Below, in pieces: positions 23,950-37,181 of a DNA stretch of 53,414 bases. Source of the stretch: Prorocentrum cordatum (taxonomy: Eukaryota); the NCBI GenBank assembly GCA_963575745.1, contig CAUYUJ010000318.1, positions 62,001-115,414 of the forward strand, in the 5' to 3' direction. The position numbers and the translations under genes were made by a program. Numbering within the stretch: position 1 is the first letter of the stretch; every line of letters begins with the position of its first letter. The notes under the pieces are model-generated. The model saw nothing but the letters and a program-made list of their open reading frames with translations. It was not told the DNA's origin and did not search any database.

Positions 23950-26050
23950 TTAACGGCTGTGCAAACAGAGCCGCAGAAACGTTCCACAGGTTTGGGACAA
24001 GGGGACGCTGGTGCTGGACGCATTACTGGGATCGGCGTTCCGATTGAGATTGCAGAGTTTCTGCACGAACCATGTTCTCGCGTCAGTGTGGGTTACACTC
24101 GTGGTCCCAACGGCCACGATCCCTGGTTAAAACTGCTCCGTACTATTACTGTCCCCGGTCACGTTCGTGTTGCAGTAGCATTTGGCCCTCACCTTCCTGG
24201 TTGAGATGGGTCACGAACGCGTGTCTGTAGCGTCTCCAGGTCACAAAGTGACACTGTCATCGGAGGCCACGTGAGACCTCCCAGTTTGCGGACGCGTGGC
24301 AGGTCCATGCGATTGCCACCACGCGAGGCCTCCTGGTGCACGAACCAGGTCACGAAAGCGTGGTAAGACCATTGGGTTCTCACCGCTCGAGTCTTCCGAC
24401 AACCCAGGTCACCAACGCATAGCAAGCCGATCTGATTCCTAATAGTTCGACCTTCCCAGGACACGCACCCAGGTCACTAACGAGCAACAAACAGCAACAA
24501 GCCCAACACATGTTCGGCGCCGTCATGTTTTAGGCATCTGCCGATACGGTTGACTCAATCCACGGCCCTCGGTGCAAAGCCTTTCCGCACGTTCTAGACG
24601 AGTTTGTGGTGATCCTTGGGCTCAGTTGTTCGCGCCTTGAGCAAATCGAGACGGTCGTTTCAGCGATCTTTGAAATTTGGGAATGCTCTGATGGGTCTTC
24701 GGCACGTCGGGAGCGGGTCCCGGTGCCCAACACGTTCCCCCACATTGGCCCCGCGTGGTTTCCGCGGCCACGCGCAGAGTAGGCTTGATGGGGAGCAGCA
24801 GGAGAGGAGGAGCAGCAGGAGGAGAAGGACGAAGGAAAGGGAGGAGGAGGAGGAGGAGGAGGAGGACCTTCGGAGCCCTCTCCAGCAGAGTGTGGTCCAT
24901 TTTCGTCTCGGTCAGGGCCGTTTGTCGGGCCGTCGTTGTGCCACTGTGGTCAGGCGTGGTCCCTGCTCGGCGTCCTTCTTGGGTGTATGGGGGTCTTGTC
25001 GGACCGCCCGAGGTCCGCCTGGAACGGCCGTGGTGCCCTCTGCGAGACCTCTGGGCCCATCTCGGGTCTACAGTCAAAACGTTTATTAAGGACGCAAGAC
25101 CCTTGGAGGCCGAAGTTGGATTTTTGGGGCGGGGGGCGGCCAGTGAAAACGGCGCTGGACGGGCCGCAGAGGCAAGGACTCAAGGGTACCCTAGATGAAG
25201 GCACGCGTCCTTACTAGGCGCGTTGACTGTATGTTGAGGGCCTTTGAGGGTTTTCGTATATTGTTGGTCTGTTGAGGCCGCCCGCCAGGGCTTCCAAAAC
25301 TACCAAAGGGGCCCCAACAGGGCTCGACGGTTGCACGTCGCGGCGATGTTTAGGCATACTGGGAGTGTGGATTCCGAACCTCGCTTCCGTAGCCTTCGGA
25401 GGGACATGACGCAAGCCCAACACATGTCCGACAATGATAGACAATTCCAAAAATAGCGCTCGGGGATCTTGAAGGGCACTTGCAGCATCTAACCCAAAGA
25501 ACTTCGTAAACAGGCCTGGGGACACTCGAATCAGTGACTCGCGGCACGACGGTGGATATGTTTCTCCTTGCGTTTTTGCGGTGGTTGCAGTGTTTGTCGT
25601 CCCCTGTTCAGGGCGATGGCGCAGGGTGCCTGGCATCACAGTTGATCCGCCACGAGGGGTGAGCTTCATCATGACGCCGAGGCGCGCGTCATATATCTGG
25701 TTGAGGGGAGTAATTCGTTGATGATGGGAACCAGCCTGGTGTCCGAAGTGTCTTGCGCACCTAGAGGTGCCTAGCGCACCCGAAACATCTGCCTTGTTTT
25801 CTGCGTTGTTGTTGACTGATGCAGTGCGCAGTTAGGTGCATGTGTAATGGTACGCCCCTTTGATATAGGGGTATTTGTTGTTTTCTCTGGGCGTCTTGGA
25901 GATACGATTCATCGTTCGAGGATGCGTACGGTTTATCAGCACGTTCTGAGTTCCACGGCGCGCGGCTGGACAGCATGGAGCGTTTGCATCTCAGCGAAAA
26001 CATGTTCATCCTTACCAGCTTCCGTTATTTCAAGCTATGATCTATTTCTG
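23950..26050 (-). pseudogene. Highly degenerate Ty1/Copia-like RT/RNase H remnant
   Basis: Minus-strand fragments KLTPRGGSTVMPGTL, RESLIRVSPGLF, AIFGIVYH, TRSRRAEDPSEHSQISKIAETTVS/DLLKA and VSWEGRTIR occur in Copia pol order, with many frameshifts and an unrelated insert near 24.75-25.2 kb. Confidence 0.4.
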
Positions 26051-26509
26051 TCGACGGCACGTAGGGCTGCCTCGATTCCAATTCGACAGCCAGCTGGGGC
26101 CGCGATCCCGATTCGATGCGGCGCGAATGACGGGCATCAGCTAGAGCCAGCTGGACTTGGGTGCGGCGATCCGATTTGGCTTCGAGTGGGGACGCTTCGC
26201 TGGTGATCCGCGTTCGCGATTCGGTCCAGCCCAGGCCTGCCGCAGCTCGAGCAGCACTCTCAGTGCGATCATCGCGACGTGTCCACTCATTCATGGTGTC
26301 GATGGTACCATTGCTGAAGTTGCCAGCGCGAGCCCACAGCTTCCCCGTCGTCGGAGCCGCAAGCCTCAGCGTGCTCAGAGACGCATGCTTGCCCCTGTCC
26401 CGAACGACGGGCACGGGCCTCACCACGAGGGGTTAGTCGAAGCATCGGCTGCCCGCCTTGGCGATTCGTCGTGTGTTGGGCCCCGGATTCGAAACAATAA
26501 TGCCTTATG

Positions 26510-26669
26510 AACAGAAACGTTCGGAGCTCCGCGCGGATTTCTTGGATCTGCGTTGGGCCCCCCTCGCGGCGGCGCTTCCGGCGCCGCCTCTTGGCGCGCA
26601 CCGCGCGCCAGGAAGGGGGGCCGAAGTGCGGATCCGAGAAACCCGCGCGAATCTCCAACAGTTTCTGTT
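26510..26669. mobile_element. Hairpin element related to ZIP elements 4 and 6
   Basis: AACAGAAACGTTCGGAGCTCCGCGCGGATTTCT ... GCGGATCCGAGAAACCCGCGCGAATCTCCAACAGTTTCTGTT; shares GAGCTCCGCGCGGATTTCT with ~6010 and GCGGATCCGAGAA with ~6806. Confidence 0.75.
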
Positions 26670-27289
26670 TGTGCCGTTGTGTGTTCTTCCACGGATGTGG
26701 GCCAGGGGGGAGGGTTGACGTTGTCTCAAGTGCCTTCTCCTCCGAATCGACGAACATCTGTTTGGTGGAGTCAGTTGAGGAACATGTGGTACAGGTGATC
26801 TAGTGTTCTGGGTGTCTGAGCCAAGCAGGGAAGGACCACGAGCACACATGATTACATCTGGGGTGGGAGAAAAGGGAAATGATGAAAAGGAGTCCTAAGT
26901 GCGTAGAGGCGGTGGTATCTTAGGGTGGGCTTTTTGACCGAACCCGGCTGGACGTTTCCTTCTTCCAGGGATCGTTTAAACACGACGTTCACCAAATTGT
27001 CTCTTGCGCCTCCACTCCGCCGTTGCACCCCCCCGAATGATCGAGAGGAAACGGAGCGCGTCCCCGAGAGGAGACAGGAGAGGTGGGGGGCAAGCTGGGT
27101 GCGCTCGCGCCATGTCTAGCATCCTACCCCTCCCAACCATCACTTCCAATTGCTCTCATTCCCAACCAGTGGAGTTGGGTCCTTGCTTTGAAGAGACAGC
27201 GCCCCGCGTCCTTCCCGCGTCCTTCCTCCTCCTCCCGCTTCCTCCTCACATCCTGCCTCTGCCCTCCGCATGTCAACCACGTCCATCCA

Positions 27290-28175
27290 CCCCTCGCACG
27301 CTTCGTACCCACATAGGGGACTCCACCCAAGAAGCCTAGCGGCAGTGTCTGCATGGCGCACCCGCACCCGACTCGGCACACCCTTCTCACGTTTCGTGGA
27401 CCCATAGGGAGCTCCACCGAAGGCCCCAGTGGCAGGGTCCGCATGGCGCACCCGCACCTGACCCGGCGCACCTCTCATACCTTTCATAGCCCCATAAGGA
27501 GCTCCACCGAAAATTCCAGCAGCAGGGCCCGCATGGCGCACTCGCACCCGATTTGGGCACACCCCTCACACGTCTCGTGGCCCTGGAGGGAGCTTCATCG
27601 AAGGCCACGGCGCAGGGTCCGAAGGGCGCACCCGCACCCAAATCGGCGCGCCGTTTATACGTGCTGTTGCCCCACGGGAGCTTCTCCGACGGCCCCATCG
27701 ACAGGGTCCGCACAGTGACCCGCAACAGAATCGACCCACCCCTCACACGATTTGCGGTCCCACAAACAAGAGGCCCCAGCGGCAGCGTCCGCGTGGCGCA
27801 CCCGCGCCCGATCCGGCGCACCCCTCACGCGCGTACTGGTTCCATGGGGTGCCCAACGGCAGGCTCCGCACGGCGTACCCGCGCCTGGTTCGGCGCACCT
27901 TTCGCATGTTACATGGCTCCATCGGGGGCACCACCGAAGGCCCCAGCGGCAGGGTCCGCATGGCGTACCCGTGCCCGATTCGGCACACCCCTCGCACGAT
28001 TCGTGGCCCCATAGGGAGCTTCACCGAAGGCCCCAGTGGCAGGGTCCGCATGGCGCACCCGCACCTGACCTGGCGCACCTCTCATACGTTTCGTGGCCCC
28101 ATGGGGGGTTCCACCGAAGTCCCCAACGGCAGGGTCCTCATAGTGTAACTGCATTCGATTCGGCGCACCCCGCGA
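27290..28175. repeat. 90-bp tandem repeat, ~9-10 degenerate copies
   Basis: GCATGGCGCA unit starts at 27351, 27441, 27531 and 28048, with variants at 27621 and 27958. Confidence 0.9.
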
Positions 28176-31100
28176 ACGCCCCGCGAAGCGCGCTGGTCGC
28201 CCCGAAGGACTTCGAGCGACGCGCGCGGGCCGTCCGCGGCGCGGGGCTTGATACATCGGATTGCTGATAGTGGGCCAGTCGCCAGGCAAAGCGCCCAGCT
28301 GTCGGGCAGCACATGGAGGCAGAGCGCAGGGGAGTCCTCGCGACGCGCGCTGGTCGCCTGGAGAAGATTCCAGGGACGCGCGCAGGTCGTCCGCGGCGCG
28401 AGGCCATACAGGTGGGCAGTCGAGATAAGGCGATACTCGGGCGAGCCGTTTCTCGGGTCAGGCCTCGCGGATAAACCCCGCGAGGCCCGGTTCTTGGCGA
28501 GGCCGTCGCCAAACTATGATGACCCTCCGCTCGCCCATAACCCGCTGTCCTCACTACCCACGTCCCGGCCTTCCTGCCAGGCCCCCTCCTCCCTGTCCAT
28601 TTGCCCCGCGATACTCGCTGCTGCATGCATATGGTTGAGTCCTAGTTCTTTTATCCGCCGACGGAAGTCTGAGCGGACGTGGACACCCCCCAAGCACATT
28701 TTTCGTATGGTGCGCAATCAGAACGGAAGCTCTCTAAATTGGACGAGAAAAAGGGGTTGCGGATGAGCAAGAAGATGAGCAACAGGGAGAAGCGAACGAT
28801 GCGGAAGGAAGAGGACGAGGAGGCACAGCCGCAGCAGGAGCAGGAATACGAGGAGCGGGAAAAGCAGGAGGACCCGGGGAAGAGAATGGGGCGAGACGAA
28901 AATGACGAGGAAGGACTCGGATCCATAATTGTGGCCCGCATTGGGGCGAAACGCCATTTTGAACGACGGGGGCAAACCGTCGGTTCGAGCACGAGGCCAT
29001 TCTTGCAGCGGGGCACCGCAATGAAACGCCGAAAGTGTTTTGATAATACAAAGTCGAAACGAAAACACTTTGTGGCATTTAACTTCGACACGTGCAAACA
29101 AGGCAAGTCAAGCGGCCGCGCTCGGGCTGGGCCCAGGGGTGAGAAGGGTAGTGTTCATACTGGGTAATAGTGGATGAGGAGGGGGGGAGGACGACCTCAC
29201 CCTCCCGCCCGCGCCCCGCCTCTGTCACGGCCGCCTGGCCAGGAGGCTGCCCCAGCACAAGCCGCAGGAGATCTCGGCCATCGTGTGGGCCGGCTCCCGT
29301 GACAGCCCGGGCAGCTGGCCGCCCCCGCCCACCGAGGGGGGAGGGGCCGGACTTGGCGGTTCGAGGGTGGGGTTTTGAGAGATGTGGCTCGAAGGGTCGA
29401 GTCAATCCGTATTAAAAAGGATGCACAGTGTAGATGCAGGGGCCTTGGAAGGCATCTGCACCTGGTGAGATCCCCCGGCCCGATCGATCAGCTCCAGCTC
29501 GGCCTGCGCGCGGCAGTGGTTGCAGCGAACGCGGCGAGTCATACGCTGTACCCGAACGTGTCATCACGGATTATGATGCGGAAAAAACAGGCCGCTGCGC
29601 CTCTTACACTAATAAACGCAGGATCCTCCGCTTCCACCGCGCCGACACTAGCCTACAGTAGCTAGGCCCCAATTTACTCGCCACTCCTGTTCAACATCGG
29701 GCATGTTTATCTTTCTCGCCTCGCTTCGTCACACGAGTAGGGCATCTCCTTTCCGCAGCATGAACAGAGAGGATGCAACGACCCCCAGTGGGAGCAGACA
29801 CTGTCAGGGTCACGGGAACAGTTTGGGGGTGGCATAGACGGGATTGCCAGTTGGATTAGGGTTCCCTCGCGCGTGCACGCTCTGATTGCCCTGGAGCGCA
29901 GCACCGTGACGGCGCACGGCCTGCACAGGCGAACGGAGGTACCCCGCTGCGGCGACGAGCACCACTGCCAGCATCGCAGTGGCCATGTCGTACACGGGGC
30001 TACGATGTCGTGCGCGGGGCGTCTCACTGCTGCACGCAGCCTCAGTCGCGCAACGGGTGATGTTGCTATGCGCACAGTAACCATGTCGCAGACACATGAA
30101 AAATGAACTTTGGCTCCGCAAGTCGCTCCGCCGGTTCTGGCCCCCCACGCTTCGTCACGACACGTGGACCATGACACCACTCCAAAGCGTCAGCATCCCG
30201 AGCGTCTCCCAACCAGCCCCGCGGAGTGGAGCGACCTGCCATGCCCCTTTGGGGCATGGCGTGTTGCCGTGGCCGCCGGCGCGACACGTTGTGCAAACGT
30301 ATGTGACCGTTCAGCAGGTGCGAAGCGCGCTCGTGGCTCTATTCGATTCGTGTACGTATGTAGTTTCCGAGGGCGAACAGCCGCCTCCTCCGTTGTGAAG
30401 GGGGGACAATATCGATGTCAGTTGTTTCGTTGTTTGCTGCACACCTGGATCCATCCGAGGCCAGCCAGGGGTCACCATGAGATCATTGTGTGGCCACCTT
30501 CAGAGTCATCATATGGCCACATCGGCTTCACACCGAAGTCCGACTGAGAACGCCGGGGTCATATGTTTGGGACTGGTCGGCGTCATAGCGATGTCATGAT
30601 TTGGCCACACTGATACACAACGGGCGTCGACTAAACATCATCGTGATATTAACGTGTTGCAGCGTTCAGGTCGGATGGATGAGATCGGGATCGCATTGGC
30701 CTCATGCTGGGATTATCCTATTGGGGCAAGTTCGTGGTAATAGTGAGGTGGTGTTGCAGTTTATGTAGTTCCATGGTGGCATCCACGTAGTACCATGTTG
30801 AGTTAATCTCCATACCATATTCGGGAAGTACGTGTGGTTAATTTGGTGTCATTTTGAAAATATTGTGAGATCATGCCCAGGCCATCTATGAGCCATTTCG
30901 GGTTCTGGGTAGCGGCACGCCGGTCATTGTGTAGTCTCAGCGAGGTCGTAGTGTAGGGAAATCCGAGATGCTTCGCGTAACCCCATCAGCCTATCCAGAG
31001 GCGATGCCCAGACGTATTAGTTACCCTGATCAGTGATGAGGCGGAGCGTGCACTGGCAAAAAGGGCTGAGGAAATTGTCATACCCCAATTTGTGTGAAAG

Positions 31101-34100
31101 AGAGTGGAAGGGGGAGGAGGAACCGGAGGAGGGGCAGGGGCAGGGGGAGGAGGGAGCAGGGAGGAAGAGGAGGAATAGGCAGATGAGGAAGTCGCGCCCA
31201 GAGGGTTGGTGGTGTTGGGGCCATGGCGTGGTCATGGTGGCAAGATGTGCAAGGAGTCTCGCTGAACACAGCATTCTATGAGACTCCGAAGTGTCAAAAT
31301 CAGGTCGAGGTACGCAATCTAGTAACCAGAGGACACATATTCCTTTCATGTATTTCGTTTGAGTATTTGTAGTATCTTCTGGAAGCTTCGTTGGTTGGTG
31401 TGGGGGAGTGTCGCACGGGGCTTCAGCCCCGGTGTGCAGTCTGATAAGAGTCGCAGTGCATTGCCGTTTGATGTTGAACCTCGAGGTCTCGCAAACAGAT
31501 CGGGGCCGGCGGCGGGCTGACCACTGCGAAGAAGCTTGTGAGTTGTATGGATGGCGCTCGAGCCTCGCAGCCCACGCAAGGCAGCCTGTGCGCTCGGTCT
31601 TTTCCGCAGCTGCGGGGCGCACATACTTGCAGCTCCGTCCCGGCGTCTGCGTTAACCGCGAAACGTTTTCAATGATGCACGGTGGTCCCCCCCAAAGCTC
31701 TGGTCTGGCAGTTGTGCGCGGGGTCGGCGATCGAATTATTCGCCCAGTATTGGTCGCCGTGCTGGCTGTTGTCGGAGGGGTCTATTTCTCCTGGCGGATA
31801 TCATCCCTTGCGCTAACTGCAGAAGACAGGAATCCTGTGCCTGTTCGTACGAGCCTTCAAGCACGAGACTGGGGCCTTCCTCCTCTCTCCTTCCCCTCTC
31901 TCCTTCGACGACGTCGATAACGATGACGACGACGACAGCGGCGGCGACGACGGCGGCGGCGGCGGAATAATATGCCGAGCAAGTTTGTGTGTCGCCAGCC
32001 CTCCATTCGCCCCCCAAAAATAATCATGTGCCCAGTATTGGAAGGCAGGTATGAGAGACATCTCGCGGTTATCCGATGCACATCGCAGTCCCCTGTCTTG
32101 GTCAGTTTTGTTGTTTGCGTTGTTGCAGCTGCGGGGGTCGGCATTGCCCTCCGCTTTCGTCTTCAGTGTGTCAGTTTCTTGCTCCCCTCTTGCTTCACCC
32201 TGCGCACCTTCGTATTCCGGTGGAGGCGCTTCTTCGAGGCCGTGGCCAAGATCTGCATTTCTCGTCTTCGTGACTTCCCTCCCCAGGCTTGTCCCCATGT
32301 GAAGGGAAGGGGAGTGATGTGACCAAGGGGGACGCCAGGAGTAGGCATGGGTGATGAGGGAGCGAGGAGAGGAGTCGACCACACGTGAGTGTGAACCTTC
32401 GCCAGAGTGACAGTTGGTGCCGGCGCAGTGGGGTCTCCCGACCACGGAATGCGATGCGATATTTGCGGCTTGCGCGCCTGTGTTTCACCGCCCCCCCCAC
32501 CGCCCCCCCAATGCCGGGCGCCAGAGTTTTTGCTTGCCCAGGGCCACCATTACGTGCAGCCGACAGGAGAAATGGCGGAACGTTGTGGGGAGAACGTTTG
32601 GATGCATCCAGACGTTCTCCCGGCAAATTGGGGCGTGCAGTCGAGTGCAGCGTAGTGTTGTCTACCGTACAGGCGTACAGTCGGGGCCCTGAAGAGGGAA
32701 CCCTTTTCGTTGGGGAGGGGCTCCGCGTTCCTTAAGTGTTTCACAGCTTGCCACAGGTTTTCCTTAGGTTTTCGGTAGGAAATCGAAGTTGAACTTATGG
32801 GAAAAAGGGGCCTCGTTCCTTATTTAGGGTTCCTTAGGTCAACGCCCCGACTGTACTCCCACTTCACCCGCCGATCCTGCCCTGGCAGGAACGACGCGCC
32901 TTGGGGAGGGGGTCATGTTTGGGTTTGTTTCCCCCGGAAACGCGCGAGAGGATTTCTAGTATGTTCTCAGGAGGATTGCAACAGGGATGTGCGTAATTTT
33001 GATTCGCAGGTTTTCGTACTCGTAGTCGCCTTCGTAGTTGTGATCGTAGTCGTGATGGTAGTCATAGCCGCTAACTTCCGTAGGCGTAGTCGTAGCTGTA
33101 GTCGTATCGTGGTCGTCCTAATCGTCGTCGTCGTCGTTGTGCGGCGGGTGCCGCGGAGAAATAAACATGTCCATTATTAGCGGGATTTCTCAGTCCGTTG
33201 ATCAGATCGCAGAAAAAGGTAACCAGTTTCCAACTCATGCAACTCCTGGGGGTGGTTCTACAGACCTAGCCAGGTTACGCCATGCCGTCCGCATCGCAAC
33301 TCTTGGGGGCGTCTTGGAGCGTTCTGGGGAGCCTCCATGGGGCGGGGCTTCTTGGGGGGTTCTGGACGCCAGCTGGACGCTTGCCAGGGAGTTACTGGTG
33401 GTGTCGGCGGCAATCTTGGGTTGGGGAGTGTCCGGGTTTTGTTGAAATCCCCCCTCGGTTTTCTTGGAGGCAGTATTTGCCGTCCTGGGGCGATCTTGGG
33501 CCGTCTTGAACGCTGCTCAGGCCGAACAGCCGAGCGCATGATAATGTCACTCAGAAGGCAAATGGGTTTGATCGGTTTGGGTATCTTGAGTTGGCCCCCA
33601 GTATTCCCAAAACGGCCCCAGACGCCCTTGAGAAAGGCCCTCTGACAGTCCCTGTGGGTCGTCTTATATGGTACGTGGGGAGTGGCCGCCCAAACCACGT
33701 GTGCATGGGCCCAGGCAAAGGGGACCAATCACGTGTGGAGCCATCAACGCCAGGCAGTTTCCAGAATTTACGATGAATTCCGGGAATCAGGGGCCTAGGG
33801 CCTTCAAGTAGCAACTGCAATGCTCAATGCAGAACTCGGATGGGCCTGGGGACCTTCCATTGTGTAGCGGGCAGCTTTGCGCGGAGTGGTTCAAGCTTGG
33901 TTTGGACTCCGTATTGAGAACCACCCCGGGGACCCCGGCCGTCTTGGGTGTGACGCCAGGTCGACTTGACCTCCTAACATCTAGAGCAGTAGCTCTATTC
34001 TTCGACAGGGGCCCTCACCCCCCCGCCCACGACCCCTCCTGTCAGTTGCGCCGCGCCGTGTGCGTCTTGCGCACTGTGCGGTGCCTCCCGCGCCACGGGT

Positions 34101-34594
34101 GCCACGCCGCGCGGGCCGTGCGGCGACGACCCTGCGCGCCGCACTGGGCGTGCTGCGCCGCGGGCGCCCAGGCGTGGCGTGCCCTTGTGCGTGCCTTGTC
34201 TGGCCGCCGCAGTGGGCACCGTGTGTGTGCCGCACCCTGTGCGTGCTTCGGCTGCAGTGCCTGACCAGAGATTGTGTTTTCTACCCTCTGGGCCAGAACG
34301 CGCGTTATGCCCCCCCCTTCCCCCTCCTCCTCCTCCTCCTCCTCCTCCTCCTCCTCCTCCTCCTCCTCTTCCTCCTCCTCCTCCTCCCTCTCCTCCTCCT
34401 CCTCCCCCCTCCCCCCTCCCCGCAGTTCTCCCCGTCGTGGCGCCGCGCAGTTCACGCGCCGGGCCGTGCTTGGGCGGTGCGTGCCGCGGTGCGTGCGCGT
34501 CGCCGCGGTGCGTGCCGTGGCGGTGCGGTGCGCGTCGTTCCTCGGGGGCGGGTCCGCAGGCTCTGAGGTCCTGGCGTTGCAGTCGTTTCCCATC

Positions 34595-34997
34595 TCGGCG
34601 GTGAGCCCGGGGGGGAAGCCTCCCAACCTGGCCCTCCTTCCTCCCTCCTCCCTCCTCCTCCTCCCTCCTCCTCCTCCTCCTCCCTCCTCCCTCCTCCTCC
34701 TCCTCCTCCTCCTCCTCCTCCTCCTCCTCCTCCGCCTCCGCCTCCGCCTCCGCCTCCGCCTCCGCCTCTGCCTCCGCCTTCGCCTCCGCCTCCGACTCCG
34801 CCGCGGCGTCAGCAGGGGCCTGGCCGACCTGGAGGGGCGGGCCTCGGCAGAAGGCTCGAAAGTCCCCTGGCCTTCTGAGAAATTCCTGGAGTCTTCCTCG
34901 GAGACACAGGGCACGTCTCAGAGAGCGCGAGGGCTTCTGAGAAGCCCCGCCGCCTTCCGAGGAGGGTCCTCTCCCCCCCCCCCGCGCTCGCCGCCGG
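34595..34997. mobile_element. Inverted homolog of ZIP element 2, expanded by a (CCT)n/(CCGCCT)n tract
   Basis: TIR TCGGCGGTGAGCCCGGGGGGG / CCCCCCCGCGCTCGCCGCCGG; TSD CCATC/CCAAC; internal AAGTCCCCTGGCC and CGCGAGGGCTTCTGAGA match the reverse complement of 4652-4848. Confidence 0.8.
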
Positions 34998-35410
34998 CCA
35001 ACGGGCGTTTGCGCCAACTTTCTGGCCCCAGGGCCCTCACATATCGATCTGGCTCGAAGAAGTACGCAGAGAGATGGGGTTTGTCAGACGGGGCTGGGAC
35101 GAGGATAAATCCGTTCGAGAGCGTTCTGGAACGCTACCAGAGCGTTCCGGAACTCTCTGAGAAGGCCTCGGCGCCCGAGACATTTTCAAGAGATCTCAGA
35201 GATTCTTGATTTATCCCCACCCGATTTTCGCCTCCTCCTGGCTTCGTCGTAGTCCCAGGGCTCGTGTCGTGGTTGTTCGCGCCGTTGGACAATTTTTGTG
35301 CAGCTTCGGATCTCGGCTTTTAGGGGGGGGGGGGGGGGGCGTTCTCGGAGGGGGGCGAGCCGCGCTTCTGGTCGAGCTTGGGGGGGAGTGGTCGGGGCGG
35401 CGGCGGCGGC

Positions 35411-35836
35411 CTGGTCCAGTCAGCCTGCCGACACGAGGCGCTCGCCTACATGGTCGAGGCCTATGGGACCATCGAGCAGGCCAGTGCTCCCCCCCCCCCT
35501 CTTGTCGTCGTCCTCCGCCTTTCCTTCCTCGTCGTCCTTCTCCGTGCTCTCCTGGCCCTCCTCGTCTTCCCATCCCCCCCCTTCCTCCCCACCCTGTCCT
35601 TCCCCCCATCCTCTCCCTTCCCTCCTCCCCACCTCCTCGTCTTCCCATCCCCCCCCCTCCTCCCCACCCCGTCCTTCCCCCCACCCTCTCCCTTCCCCCC
35701 TCCCGCTCCTCCCCGTCCCATGCTCCAACCTCCTTCCCCTTGACCTCCTCTGCCATCCTTCTTCGTTACAAATGGCTCCTCCTCGTCTTCCCACCAGGCG
35801 TGCCCGGAGGACGGGCCGCGTATTTGGTCCGAGAAG
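35411..35836 (+). CDS. Two possible exons of an unknown protein joined by a GC-AG intron
   Basis: CAG|GC at 35479, CAG|G at 35797 and AAG|GT at 35836 give LVQSACRHEALAYMVEAYGTIEQ|ACPEDGPRIWSEK in phase. No domain recognised. Confidence 0.3.
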
Positions 35837-36479
35837 GTATTGAGGCTTGATCCAGCGATTCGTCCTTACAGCGATTAGTGCAAGCAGAGAGGGATGCGAA
35901 TGAGTGTTGCATCGCCGCATGGTGTAGTATGAGTGTCGTCCCTCTCTTTTTCTCCCTTTTTTGCCTCCTGTCTCCGCTCGTGCATGCTTCCTCGTTCTGT
36001 CCATTCACCACAGCCGTTGGCACGAAACCGGTATCTTCTGAACGAGTGCCCGTGCGCTGATAAAACAACGAGTGCGCAGTATTCTGCTGCGTTGCCTTGA
36101 GATTGTCTATCCATCTTGGTTTGCAAACGAAGTGGGGGTTTCAAACTTGAGTTGTTTTTCCGTAGTGCCGCGCAAAAACATGTCTCGAAGCATTGACAAA
36201 GGGCTACCAGGGAGGGGGGGTACTGTCTTCAACACGCGTGCATCAGAAGCTTGCAACAGCTACACGTACCCATCGGGGGCGGACAGAAGCCCCAACAGTG
36301 ACAAGTAGATTAGTGAATTGTCCGTGTTCGGTTCTCGAGAGGGCGCCGTGGCCGTTATTTTCCAGGCGTTCGCCCGCCAGGTTTGGGCCTCAGGTCGTTT
36401 TCACTAAACCACGTTTTACGAAAGGGAGGTCTGTCCATCCCCGAGTCGAAGACGCCTGCGGCGAATCACCGCCGCCCCG

Positions 36480-36900
36480 GTAGACGCGCACTGCAAGTCA
36501 CACCGACTGCAGGCACGCTCCAGCTTCTCAGCGGAGATTCGAGCAGCGGTCTACAGTTAGGAAGACTACGACCCAACCATCGTGACGCTCCGCGAACTCC
36601 AAGTGAGCCACCCACACCAGCACAGCTCAAGAATATACTGGAAATGGGTAGTCTGCGTTTCAAGGTCAGAATGACCATCGACGCAGAGTCCGCCTGCATG
36701 TTCTACCCAGCAAGGACCTGAGGAAACCGGCAGAATGTGCATTACTCCGTCATAATGGCTGGATTGGGCAAATTCTGGACAGGGGTAGCGTACATAGTGC
36801 ACAGTTGCGTGACACACGTGATATGACAGCCGATGGACATACGAATGGTAGTACAGATCGTGAGTTACTCCTACAAGCGACGTCAGGCATTCAGCCATCG
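36480..36900 (+). pseudogene. Ty1/Copia RNase H C-terminal remnant
   Basis: MTIDAES followed by DTRDMTADGHTNGSTDRELL resembles the Copia-type xTxxMxADxxTK terminus. Confidence 0.6.
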
Positions 36901-36939
36901 AGACACGACCTGCAGAAATGCCCGCGGCGAGTCGGGGTG

Positions 36940-37181
36940 GGGGCCGAACAGGTAGTGACACCACCGTCGGTTTTCCGCCGGGGGGGGAGGGTTGAACCGG
37001 TAGTGATCCGCCCGGGTTTTCCGAGAGGAAGGGGGGAGAGGGGGGGTGGTTTGCGGGCGGGGTGTTTGAGCACGGGTTGGGGGGAGGGATTTTCGGAAGG
37101 TGGGGGGACCCCTGGGTTTCGGAGGAAGAGGGGGGGGACTTTGACTTTTCCACAGCAATCCGCCAGTGGATCACGCTCTCT
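36940..37181. mobile_element. Partial copy of the right arm of the 51305-52728 element
   Basis: GAACCGGTAGT..., GGGATTTTCGGA...GGGGGGACCCC... and the terminal GTGGATCACGCTCTCT match 52470-52728. Confidence 0.75.

Noticed and set aside
27290..28175. CRISPR-like periodicity
   Set aside because: Whole 90-bp units repeat with no unique spacers, there are no cas genes, and the context is eukaryotic.
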